Origin: Candidatus Daviesbacteria bacterium
GTDB lineage: Bacteria > Patescibacteriota > Microgenomatia > Daviesbacterales > UBA10151
Direction: 5' to 3'
DNA: 49,505 bases
Assembly: GCA_016183225.1 (NCBI GenBank)
Contig: JACPEZ010000004.1
Location: 1-49,505, forward strand
A program made the position numbers and the translations under genes. The notes beneath the pieces are model-generated. The model saw only the letters and a program-made list of their open reading frames with translations. It had not been told where the DNA came from and made no database searches. Positions 24,518-32,691 of this stretch are shown here, in pieces; position 1 is the first letter of the stretch, and each line of letters starts with the position of its first letter.

Positions 24518-25672
24518 ATGTATTACAATAGAAGATTTTCAAGGCCTCGCGTGCAAAGAAGAAGCCAATTGGAAGGGGCAGATATTAATATGTTTATCAA
24601 AAAAGCTGTTCCTGTTACAGACCAGGTAATCCCGAAAGAAGTTTCTTTTGACGATTTTGATATTGCCCAAACCCTAAAAACAAATATAAAAAATCACGGT
24701 TATACAAAAACCACTCCAATTCAAGCCCAGGCCATACAACCTATTTTAGAAGGTAGGGATGTTATTGGACTGGCTTCAACAGGTACTGGTAAGACCGCTG
24801 CTTTTTTAATTCCTTTAATAAATAAACTGTTAAAAAATAAATATCAAAAAGCTTTAATAATCGTTCCCACACGGGAACTGGCTGTTCAAATTAACGAGGA
24901 ACTTAAACATTTTGCTCTGGGTATGAATATTTATTCGGCTTTAATAATTGGCGGGGCTAATATGCGCAGGCAAATTAATGATCTAAGAAGAGGCGCTCAA
25001 ATAGTGATTGCCACACCAGGCAGGCTTACGGATTTAATTAAACAAAGAGTAATTTATTTGGGAAATTATGCCAATATTGTTTTGGATGAGGTTGATTTAA
25101 TGGTGGATATTGGGTTTATTAATGATGTTAAATATTTTATATCTTTAATGCCGAGAATCAGACAGTCCTTATTTTTTTCAGCTACTATCCCTTCCAAGGT
25201 TCAGGGGATTTTGCAAGCATTTGTCATAAATCCCATAACTATCTCTGTTAAAAAACAGGATACTTCTGAAAATGTGGATCAGGATATTGTCAGGGTTATA
25301 AATCCGGCCAAAAAAATGGACCAGCTTCATGATCTGTTAATCCAAGACGGGTTTGACAAAGTTTTAATTTTTCTGCGCACCAAGCACGGGGTTGATAGGT
25401 TGCACAGGGAACTTGAATACAGAGGGTTTAAAATAGGTGTTATTCACGGGAATAAATCGCAGGGGCAGAGGCAAAGGGCCTTGCAGGCTTTTAAGCAGGA
25501 TGAATTTCAAATACTTCTGGCCACAGACGTGGCTTCCCGCGGTTTGGATATTGATAATGTTACCCATGTGATAAATTACGACCTTCCCCAAACATATGAT
25601 GATTATATTCACAGAATAGGCAGAACAGGCAGAATTGGCAAATCCGGCACAGCTCTGACTTTTGTAAACTAA
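24518..25672 (+). CDS. DEAD-box ATP-dependent RNA helicase
   Basis: Q motif (GYTKTTPIQ), ASTGTGKTAAF, PTRELA, DEVD, SAT, HRIGRTGR. Confidence 0.9.
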   Translation: MYYNRRFSRPRVQRRSQLEGADINMFIKKAVPVTDQVIPKEVSFDDFDIAQTLKTNIKNHGYTKTTPIQAQAIQPILEGRDVIGLASTGTGKTAAFLIPLINKLLKNKYQKALIIVPTRELAVQINEELKHFALGMNIYSALIIGGANMRRQINDLRRGAQIVIATPGRLTDLIKQRVIYLGNYANIVLDEVDLMVDIGFINDVKYFISLMPRIRQSLFFSATIPSKVQGILQAFVINPITISVKKQDTSENVDQDIVRVINPAKKMDQLHDLLIQDGFDKVLIFLRTKHGVDRLHRELEYRGFKIGVIHGNKSQGQRQRALQAFKQDEFQILLATDVASRGLDIDNVTHVINYDLPQTYDDYIHRIGRTGRIGKSGTALTFVN

Positions 25673-25687
25673 CCAACCCTTCTCTAT

Positions 25688-25999
25688 TTAAGTCGCTGCC
25701 TGCATATAATCCACAACTATATTAATGATTTCCCGGATACTTTTGTTGCAATTTTTAAAGTATATATTGTCTAATATCTCACTCCCTAAACTTCTAATCA
25801 ATTCACTTATTAAAGCATGAACGAAAGATTGAGTTGCTGATTCTACGCCTTCAAAATCTAGAGTAATTTCTCCATTCTTTTCTAAAACCGGCATTAGATA
25901 TTTAATCCTTATATCTCTTGCTATGTCTTTATTTTCAGCGAATACGCCAGTTTTAGGTAACAGTTTTACCTGAAAGGCAGCTTTGCTTATTATCTTCAT
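25688..25999 (-). CDS. STAS-like DUF4325 domain protein
   Basis: GVFAENKDIARDIRIKYL...GEITLDFEGVESATQSFVHALISEL matches the DUF4325 pattern (..lDF.gV...s.SF..e.). Overlaps the upstream ATPase gene by 4 nt. Confidence 0.65.
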   Translation of the reverse strand: MKIISKAAFQVKLLPKTGVFAENKDIARDIRIKYLMPVLEKNGEITLDFEGVESATQSFVHALISELIRSLGSEILDNIYFKNCNKSIREIINIVVDYMQAAT

Positions 26000-26955
26000 A
26001 TAAATTTTGCCTTGTAATATACCTTCCTTTGTTCTTTAACAGCCTTAGAATAACTTTTTCTAATCAAATCCAGCAAAAGAGAAAATTCTTCTGTACTATC
26101 CAAGTTTATATCAATTCCAACAGCGGTACCCTGCCAATACGGGAAATCTCCTCCTTTAGAATGCTTATCTTTAAAGGGATCTGCATGCAGACGTATGCTT
26201 TTCCTGTTATCGGCTTTTAATAGTTTATACATACCGTTTCCGCTATATATTACAAAAAAATCTTTGTTTACTGTGGCTATAGACTTAATGAAAAACAGTC
26301 CGGCGCCTGCATTATAGTCAGTGCCGCCTATTCTCTTTGTGGTCCCGGTTATTCCCGGTGTTAAAGCAAGGCCAATTGCTTCAAGGTCAGTTTTGGCTCT
26401 ATGCAACGGCGAAATTGTTTTTAGTATGCCTACCCCCCTATCTACAATGCCAATTCTTATTGTATTACTTTTTTTATAATACTGAGCGCACAGGATAACA
26501 CCAATCTTAGACATAGCATGCTCAAATACATTTCTCATTAATTCACTTAATATATACCTGATAGGCTCTGCGTGTTTGGGGGATAAGTACAATAATGGAA
26601 CCACCTCGGTAATAAACTCGGTTAATTTTTCACTGTTAGTTATTTGTTTTAATGGTATAAATCTTCCGGCAGATTCATGTTCTGTAATTTCAATTCCAGA
26701 GTCAATCTTCAAAAAATCAAACAATCCCATTCTCTTGAGATAATGTTTAGATCTTGCCTCCATAGCCTCACACCTCACCTGTTTAGGTTTAAGAGAAAGG
26801 CCTAATGCGGCAATCATGGCAATAACCATTGGATGTATTGAAATCCACTGTTTATTTGCAGTGATTTCAAGCGCTTCCGGGCTTGAGGCATCAAAATTTC
26901 TCAAAAATGGGTCAATATTACCTAAAAAAGCGCTATTTGGTATATTTATTTTCAT
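25996..26955 (-). CDS. GHKL-superfamily (HATPase_c, SpoIIAB/histidine-kinase-like) ATPase with uncharacterised N-terminal domain
   Basis: N box SELMRNVFEHA, G1 box IVDRGVGI, G2-like NAGAGLFFIKS. No DHp/His phosphotransfer domain or TM segments recognised. Confidence 0.65.
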   Translation of the reverse strand: MKINIPNSAFLGNIDPFLRNFDASSPEALEITANKQWISIHPMVIAMIAALGLSLKPKQVRCEAMEARSKHYLKRMGLFDFLKIDSGIEITEHESAGRFIPLKQITNSEKLTEFITEVVPLLYLSPKHAEPIRYILSELMRNVFEHAMSKIGVILCAQYYKKSNTIRIGIVDRGVGILKTISPLHRAKTDLEAIGLALTPGITGTTKRIGGTDYNAGAGLFFIKSIATVNKDFFVIYSGNGMYKLLKADNRKSIRLHADPFKDKHSKGGDFPYWQGTAVGIDINLDSTEEFSLLLDLIRKSYSKAVKEQRKVYYKAKFI

Positions 26956-27053
26956 ATCAGATTATTTTACCAGGATTGCCGGATGTTTGCAAGTAATACC
27001 GGGATTCCCGGTAGATTAAACATATTACATGAATCCCGGTAAATATAGACGTG

Positions 27054-27134
27054 GTTTCCCATGATTCGGATATTGGCAATACTTATGATGATTATATCCA
27101 CAGATCCGGCACAGCCTTAACTTTTGTAAATTAA
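27054..27134 (+). pseudogene. decayed duplicate of the DEAD-box helicase 3' end
   Basis: Translates to VSHDSDIGNTYDDYIHR-SGTALTFVN*, against VTHVINYDLPQTYDDYIHRIGRTGRIGKSGTALTFVN* at 25558-25672. It lacks about 27 nt (encoding IGRTGRIGK). The stop and the following CC are shared. Confidence 0.8.
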
Positions 27135-28096
27135 CCTAGGATTTTAATAAGTGATTGTAAACTCTCCCAGTCGTGAATGGATACGGGGATAATTTGTTTT
27201 TTGGTTTTATTTAAATCTTTAATTTTCTTTTCCAGATCTTTTTTATCTACTAAATCTGATTTTGTCAGTAAAATAATTTCCTGCTTTTCCAAAAGTTTGG
27301 GATTAAATTTTTCAAGTTCTTCCAGAATAATTTTATAATCTGCAAAAGGGTTTGCAGATTCCGCAGAAATGCAGTGCAGCAGTAACTTAACTTTTTCAAT
27401 GTGTTTTAAGAATTTATGGCCCAAACCCTTGCCTTCCGAAGCCCCTTCTATTAACCCGGGAATATCTGCCAAGATTTTAGATCCTTCGCTACGCTCAGGA
27501 TGACGGGGTGGGAGAATTCCTAAATTAGGTTCAAGGGTTGTAAAAGGATAATCCCCAATTTTGGCGTTGGCACTGGTCAGCTCATTTAAAATAGAGCTTT
27601 TACCGGCGTTGGGCAGGCCAATCAAGCCAAAATCAGCAATCAGTTTTAATTTTAAATTTAATTTCTTTTCCTCTCCCGTAAGTCCCGGTTGAGCGTATCT
27701 GGGAGTGGTATTTGAAGGAGATTTGAAAAATGCGTTTCCTTTGCCTCCTAACCCGCCTTTTGCCAATAATACTTTTTCCCCTATTTCATCAAGCTCTATT
27801 TCTTTGTCTTCCTCGTCCGTAATAAAAGTTCCAATTGGCATTACCAGAATTAAATCCTTGGCATTTGCTCCGGATTTTTCATTATTCCCGCCCGGTTCAC
27901 CGTTTGGCGCAGCCAAAACCCTTTTTGAAACGAATCTGTTTAAGGCATATAGGTCAGGTGTAGCTTCTACCCAAACGTCTCCACCCTTACCTCCATTTCC
28001 GCCGTCCGGACCCGCGCCCTTTTTTTTGTGAAAAGAAACGCGCCCCGGACCCCCGTGCCCGCCCTTAATAATAATGCTTACTTCATCAACCAGCAT
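27131..28096 (-). CDS. obg: GTPase Obg/CgtA
   Basis: Gly-rich Obg fold (GGHGGPGRVSF..GGNGGKGGDVW), G1 GLPNAGKSS, G2 YPFTTLEPNLG, G3 DIPGLIEG, G4 TKSD. Confidence 0.9.
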   Translation of the reverse strand: MLVDEVSIIIKGGHGGPGRVSFHKKKGAGPDGGNGGKGGDVWVEATPDLYALNRFVSKRVLAAPNGEPGGNNEKSGANAKDLILVMPIGTFITDEEDKEIELDEIGEKVLLAKGGLGGKGNAFFKSPSNTTPRYAQPGLTGEEKKLNLKLKLIADFGLIGLPNAGKSSILNELTSANAKIGDYPFTTLEPNLGILPPRHPERSEGSKILADIPGLIEGASEGKGLGHKFLKHIEKVKLLLHCISAESANPFADYKIILEELEKFNPKLLEKQEIILLTKSDLVDKKDLEKKIKDLNKTKKQIIPVSIHDWESLQSLIKILG

Positions 28097-28103
28097 ATTG
28101 GGA

Positions 28104-28556
28104 ATGGTAACATATTTTGGTTTGTGCTATACTGCAACGGTGCAAACCTCATTTTATGCCAGCGGATTTCTTTACAGTTTAAAAACACACAGAATACTTT
28201 TAGTCCAAAACGATTTGTTATGGTCTACTCTTGGAGGTGAAGCTGGCGCAGGGGAAGAAGCTCAAACTGCTTTTGCCCGGATTATAAATCAATTATTAAA
28301 CCTAAACCTTAAGACAAAAGACATATATCCGGTTTATGATTACTTTCACGATGAAAGAGATAAAAATAATTTTGTGTTTTATGCCGAAGTAAAAAATTCT
28401 AAAGAGTTTGGTTCGCTTAAGAATAATACTTTTTCCTGGGTAGCTTTTAATGAAACGTCGAAATTGCCATTTACTGCTCATTCCAAACAGGATGTAATTG
28501 TTGGAGAGCGTGTGATCAATGCAAAATGGCGGGCTAATGGAGGTCAATTTTTCTAA
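28104..28556 (+). CDS. Nudix-fold-like hypothetical protein (degenerate Nudix box)
   Basis: LGGEAGAGEEAQTAFARIINQLLNL loosely fits GX5EX7REUXEEXGU. The internal ATG at 28104 is chosen to avoid overlap with the obg start. Its 3' end overlaps typA convergently by 23 nt. Confidence 0.4.
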   Translation: MVTYFGLCYTATVQTSFYASGFLYSLKTHRILLVQNDLLWSTLGGEAGAGEEAQTAFARIINQLLNLNLKTKDIYPVYDYFHDERDKNNFVFYAEVKNSKEFGSLKNNTFSWVAFNETSKLPFTAHSKQDVIVGERVINAKWRANGGQFF

Positions 28557-30309
28557 TCCGGATATTTTTGGGAGTAACTTCCACAAATTCATCGTCATTT
28601 ATATATTGCACGCTGGCTTCCAATCCCATTATTCTGGGAGAATCAAAATGCGCGGAAGTCCCCTCCCCGCTTGAGCGGTGATTTGTTTGAGCCTTTTCTT
28701 TGCAAACGTTTACGGATATGTCTCCTGCTCTGGAGTTTTGTCCTATTACCTGGCCCTTATAAACAGACATGCCGGGACCTATGAATAAGGTTCCTCTGTC
28801 TTGAATGCCTGTTAAGGCGTAAAGTTTGGTAATTCCATCCTCGTGGGCAACCAAAGAACCGCTATTCCTCTCAACCCCTTTTTGCGTATCCGGTCCAAAT
28901 TCATAAAAACCGGCATTAAAAATCCCCAAACCCTTTGTATCGCTGATAAACTCACTCCTGTAGCCGAAAAGTTCTTTGGTGGTAGCTATAAACTCCATGG
29001 TAACAATTCCCTCAAGACTTGTCATATCTATAAGTTGGGCGTGCCTCAAACCCATTTTTCGCATCACCGAGCCTGAAAATTGCTCCGGCACTTCAATATA
29101 TACTTTCTCGTAAGGAGTCAAAACTTTACCCCCGACTATTTTTTCTATTACCTGCGGACGGGAAACCTGAAATTCATAACCTTCCCTGCGCAATCTCTCG
29201 ATTAAAATGGAAAGGTGCAGTTCGCCCCTTCCCGCAATAGTCCATCCGGTTGAGGTATTGTTTTCCATGCGGAGCGCTACATCTTCTTCAACAGCCTTAA
29301 ATAATCTTTCCTGGATTTGGCGGGAAGTTTTAAACTCTCCTTCGCGGCCGGCAAAAGGGGAAGTATTAACCCCGAAAGTCATCCTGACAGTTGGTTCTTC
29401 TATTGAAAGCAATGGCAGGGCAGGAGTATCCATATTATCTGTAACAGTTTCTCCAATGGTGATATTAGGTATGCCTGACATAGCCACAATGTCTCCGGCA
29501 AAAGCTTCTTTACAGTCAACTTTTTCCAGTCCTTCAAAAGTCATCAAAGAAGTCAATTTATATTTATTTTTTGCGCCAAATGCGGAAATATGGATTATTT
29601 CCTGGTTTGCAAAGAGCTTACCCTCAAAAATTCTGCCTGTGGCCAGCCTGCCCTTAAAATTATCCGGCGAGGTGGAAGTAACAAGCATTTGCAAAGACTT
29701 GGTTTCATCTCCCTGCGGTTCGGGTATGTATTTTAAGATTGCTTCAAAAACAGGGGTGATGTCTGACATCGTATCCAAAGTAGGTTTATCTCCTGCCAAC
29801 CCTTTTTTTCCCGAGGCGTAAACAATGGGAAAATAGGCGGCAGCCTCGTTGGCTCCCAGTTCTATAAACAAATCAAAAGTTTTATTTACCGCATAGTCAG
29901 TTCTGCTATCGGCTTTGTCAATTTTGTTAACTACCACAATAATTTTTAACCCCATTTTTAAGGCCTGTTTTAGTACAAATCTGGTTTGGGGCATGGGGCC
30001 CTCGCGGGCGTCAATAAGCAGTAAACATCCGTCTGCCAGCTTCAAAACCCTTTCCACTTCCCCTCCAAAATCAGCATGGCCGGGCGTGTCGATAATATTA
30101 ATTTTTACCCCTGAATAAGAAACAGAAGCGTTTTTGGAGAAAATAGTGATCCCTCTTTCTTTTTCCAATTCGTTGCTGTCCATGATTAAGGATGTATCAA
30201 TTATGTCTTTATGGAGTTTTGTTTTAGTTTGCTTAAGCAAAGCATCCACCAAAGTGGTTTTGCCGTGGTCAACATGGGCAATAATGGCAATGTTTCTAAT
30301 ATTTTTCAT
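28534..30309 (-). CDS. typA: translational GTPase TypA/BipA
   Basis: IRNIAIIAHVDHGKTTLVDALL, DTPGHADFGGEVER, NKIDK; EF-G-like domain order with a BipA-type C-terminus. Confidence 0.9.
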   Translation of the reverse strand: MKNIRNIAIIAHVDHGKTTLVDALLKQTKTKLHKDIIDTSLIMDSNELEKERGITIFSKNASVSYSGVKINIIDTPGHADFGGEVERVLKLADGCLLLIDAREGPMPQTRFVLKQALKMGLKIIVVVNKIDKADSRTDYAVNKTFDLFIELGANEAAAYFPIVYASGKKGLAGDKPTLDTMSDITPVFEAILKYIPEPQGDETKSLQMLVTSTSPDNFKGRLATGRIFEGKLFANQEIIHISAFGAKNKYKLTSLMTFEGLEKVDCKEAFAGDIVAMSGIPNITIGETVTDNMDTPALPLLSIEEPTVRMTFGVNTSPFAGREGEFKTSRQIQERLFKAVEEDVALRMENNTSTGWTIAGRGELHLSILIERLRREGYEFQVSRPQVIEKIVGGKVLTPYEKVYIEVPEQFSGSVMRKMGLRHAQLIDMTSLEGIVTMEFIATTKELFGYRSEFISDTKGLGIFNAGFYEFGPDTQKGVERNSGSLVAHEDGITKLYALTGIQDRGTLFIGPGMSVYKGQVIGQNSRAGDISVNVCKEKAQTNHRSSGEGTSAHFDSPRIMGLEASVQYINDDEFVEVTPKNIRIRKIDLH

Positions 30310-30356
30310 GACAGATGATTATACGCTAATTTGGCAGATTATGCTAATATCTAGTA

Positions 30357-30872
30357 ATGAAATATACTTTGTGGATTGTTCCTAATCCTCAAATTAAATC
30401 CATTCTGGAAAAAATTATTCTGGATTTAAGCCAAGAATACGGCGGGCCTTACTTTGAACCCCATATGACCCTGTTGGGAGATATTGAAGTAAGTGAAAAA
30501 GAAATTCTAGAGGGAACTCAAAAACTGGCTTCTTCAATAAAACCCTTTGCTCTGACTTTGGGAGAAATTTCCTTTTCCACTACTTTTTTTCAAAATGTTT
30601 TTGTCAGGGTTAAATCAAACGCTAAATTAATGGATGCCAACTTAAAAGCCAAACAGGTCTTTAAAATGGATAATAATCTGTTTATGCCGCATATCAGCCT
30701 TTTATACGGGGATCACGATATGTCTACCCGGGAAAAAATAGCCTCAAATATAGAGCTTTCGCCGGATCTGTCATTCCGGGCGGAAAAAATTTCTGTGGTT
30801 ACTTCCTCTTCCAGGAATCCACGAGATTGGCAGCATGTGGTACAATTCTCATTTAATGCGCGCCACAGTTGA
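30357..30872 (+). CDS. 2H phosphoesterase superfamily protein (LigT/cyclic phosphodiesterase-like)
   Basis: Two H-x-(T/S)-x motifs (PHMTLLGD and PHISLLYG) at the expected spacing. Confidence 0.65.
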   Translation: MKYTLWIVPNPQIKSILEKIILDLSQEYGGPYFEPHMTLLGDIEVSEKEILEGTQKLASSIKPFALTLGEISFSTTFFQNVFVRVKSNAKLMDANLKAKQVFKMDNNLFMPHISLLYGDHDMSTREKIASNIELSPDLSFRAEKISVVTSSSRNPRDWQHVVQFSFNARHS

Positions 30873-31677
30873 AGATTTGAGAACAGAAATCGAAATAGTG
30901 CGAGAAGTTGCTTTTTCAGAAGAGCAACAACCCAAAGATTATATCGTTTCCCGGGGCGTTGAACCTTCTGCGACAGACAGGCCGCCCTGGACGACTTACG
31001 GATACAGGCAGGCCTTACCTAAACTGTTGGGACTTGATGTCATGGAATTTATCCAAGGGGTGGTTGACAGGAGAGGTATGGCTAGGGTTTTAGATGTGGG
31101 ATGCGGCAGCGGAAGATTTTTGGATCAATGCAAAAGAGGATATAGAAGATACGCGGACGGTCTTACCGTGCCCGGATGGAATGAAAAGGTGGAATGTTAC
31201 GGGCTGACAGCCTGTTTGTACAACTCTGCAGAATTAGATAGCGTTCCTGCAGGCATTCATATGAAACTTGGGGATGCTCAAAATCTGGCGCGGCTTTATT
31301 ACGGGCAATCATTTGATGTGATTACTGCTGTGCATGTAGCTCATCATGTGGCAGATCCGTGGGCGCTTTTTTTCGGGATGTATGAAAAACTGGCAGATGG
31401 AGGAGGTTGTTTTGTCAGAGGTATACCTTTTAGTCTGGTTGACGGAGAAGACGCAAACTTGGCAGATTATCTAAGAGCAAGGTATAGCGCAACGGTAAAT
31501 GAACCTTACTTTGACAGAAGATATCAGGAGAGATGCGCCGACATATCCATGGTAAGAAGAAGGGGTGTTCCCCTCGTACTGCCTCTAAATTATGCCGGCA
31601 TAAATGATAGACCTCTGATTCCGAGGGTTCTTTATCGTTTTGATCCTACGGTTGCTTTTCAACCGGCATTCGCTTAA
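30835..31677 (+). CDS. class I SAM-dependent methyltransferase (Arg-rich, atypical composition); probable start MRATVEDL at 30856
   Basis: VLDVGCGSGRFL motif I, and FDVITAVHVAHHV together with DGGG fit the post-I and later motifs. Confidence 0.6.
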   Translation: MWYNSHLMRATVEDLRTEIEIVREVAFSEEQQPKDYIVSRGVEPSATDRPPWTTYGYRQALPKLLGLDVMEFIQGVVDRRGMARVLDVGCGSGRFLDQCKRGYRRYADGLTVPGWNEKVECYGLTACLYNSAELDSVPAGIHMKLGDAQNLARLYYGQSFDVITAVHVAHHVADPWALFFGMYEKLADGGGCFVRGIPFSLVDGEDANLADYLRARYSATVNEPYFDRRYQERCADISMVRRRGVPLVLPLNYAGINDRPLIPRVLYRFDPTVAFQPAFA

Positions 31678-31686
31678 ATTAGAATA

Positions 31687-32094
31687 ATGACCATTGTGCC
31701 TTATGTTAAAAGAGTAGAAAAGCCGTGGGGGTATGAGATCCATTTTACTCCGGATAATTTGCCCTACATGGGGAAAATTCTGCACATTAGTGCCGGCAAA
31801 AGATTGAGTTTGCAGGTTCATGACCAAAAACTGGAAAGTTGGTTCTTGCTTTCCGGGAAAGTGACCATGATTTTGGAAAATTCAAAAGGTGAATTAGTGG
31901 AAAATAATATGGAAAAAGGTTATGGTTATACCACCCAAGTTGGTCAAAAACACAGACTGGTGGGAGTGGAAGATGCTGATATTCTGGAAGTTTCTACTCC
32001 GGAGATTGGAAATACTTTCAGGCTGGAGGATGATTACTCCCGTCCAACAGAAACAGAAGAGATGAGAAAACAGCCTAACCGGGGCTGGAAATAA
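31687..32094 (+). CDS. cupin-domain protein (type II phosphomannose isomerase C-terminal-like)
   Basis: EKPWGYE...GKRLSLQVHDQKLESWFLLSGKV...GQKHRL..VEDADILEVSTPE. Confidence 0.6.
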   Translation: MTIVPYVKRVEKPWGYEIHFTPDNLPYMGKILHISAGKRLSLQVHDQKLESWFLLSGKVTMILENSKGELVENNMEKGYGYTTQVGQKHRLVGVEDADILEVSTPEIGNTFRLEDDYSRPTETEEMRKQPNRGWK

Positions 32095-32130
32095 ATTTGC
32101 ATTTAACTCATAGTATGATAGAATACTCAC

Positions 32131-32691
32131 ATGAGCTTGGAAACAATGCAACTTGGACAGGTTCCAGAAGCCAACAGAGAAGATTTAACTCCCGGGACAG
32201 TCATTGATGGTTTTACAGATTATGGACAGGTCAAGGATTTCGTAACTACGCTTGCCGACATGCTTCATACTGGAAGGGGTCGCCATACGGTAAAATTCCG
32301 CCCAATCTTGGCAGAACATATCTTATTGATAGCCAATACGAAATTCAGAAACAGAGAACATTTTAATGGAAGAATTATTCCGGAGAAAGCCTTAATTATT
32401 CCTACTGATGCTTCTTTTGTTCCAGGTCCAAGTTTAGCAAGACTGCAAGCAGACAGCGGCATTTCTTTCCTATTAAGATATATTCTAAAATCAACAGGGA
32501 AAGACAGATATCATGTGGTTGAGTGTTCTCTTTTCCGTAAATTGAGAGGGCCTTCTGTGGAAGCCTTTGCCAGAGAATATGACGCAAAGGGAGGCAGAAG
32601 TAGAGTAGCTCGTTTGATTGAACAAGCCACGGAGCCTTTTGCCCAAAGACTTAGGGAAGGTTTAGCAATGATTGTTTCACCGCCAAGATAA
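32131..32691 (+). CDS. hypothetical protein (186 aa), Arg-rich, no recognised domain
   Basis: ORF track only. Its 3' end overlaps the S41 peptidase gene convergently by 41 nt. Confidence 0.4.
   Translation: MSLETMQLGQVPEANREDLTPGTVIDGFTDYGQVKDFVTTLADMLHTGRGRHTVKFRPILAEHILLIANTKFRNREHFNGRIIPEKALIIPTDASFVPGPSLARLQADSGISFLLRYILKSTGKDRYHVVECSLFRKLRGPSVEAFAREYDAKGGRSRVARLIEQATEPFAQRLREGLAMIVSPPR

Noticed and set aside
27705-28031. 108-aa plus-strand ORF
   Set aside because: It is antisense to the Gly-rich region of obg, and its Pro/Ser-rich translation is the mirror of the Gly codons.
29207-29821. 204-aa plus-strand ORF
   Set aside because: It is entirely antisense to the strongly supported typA gene, its sequence is Ser/Pro-rich low complexity, and it has no motif.
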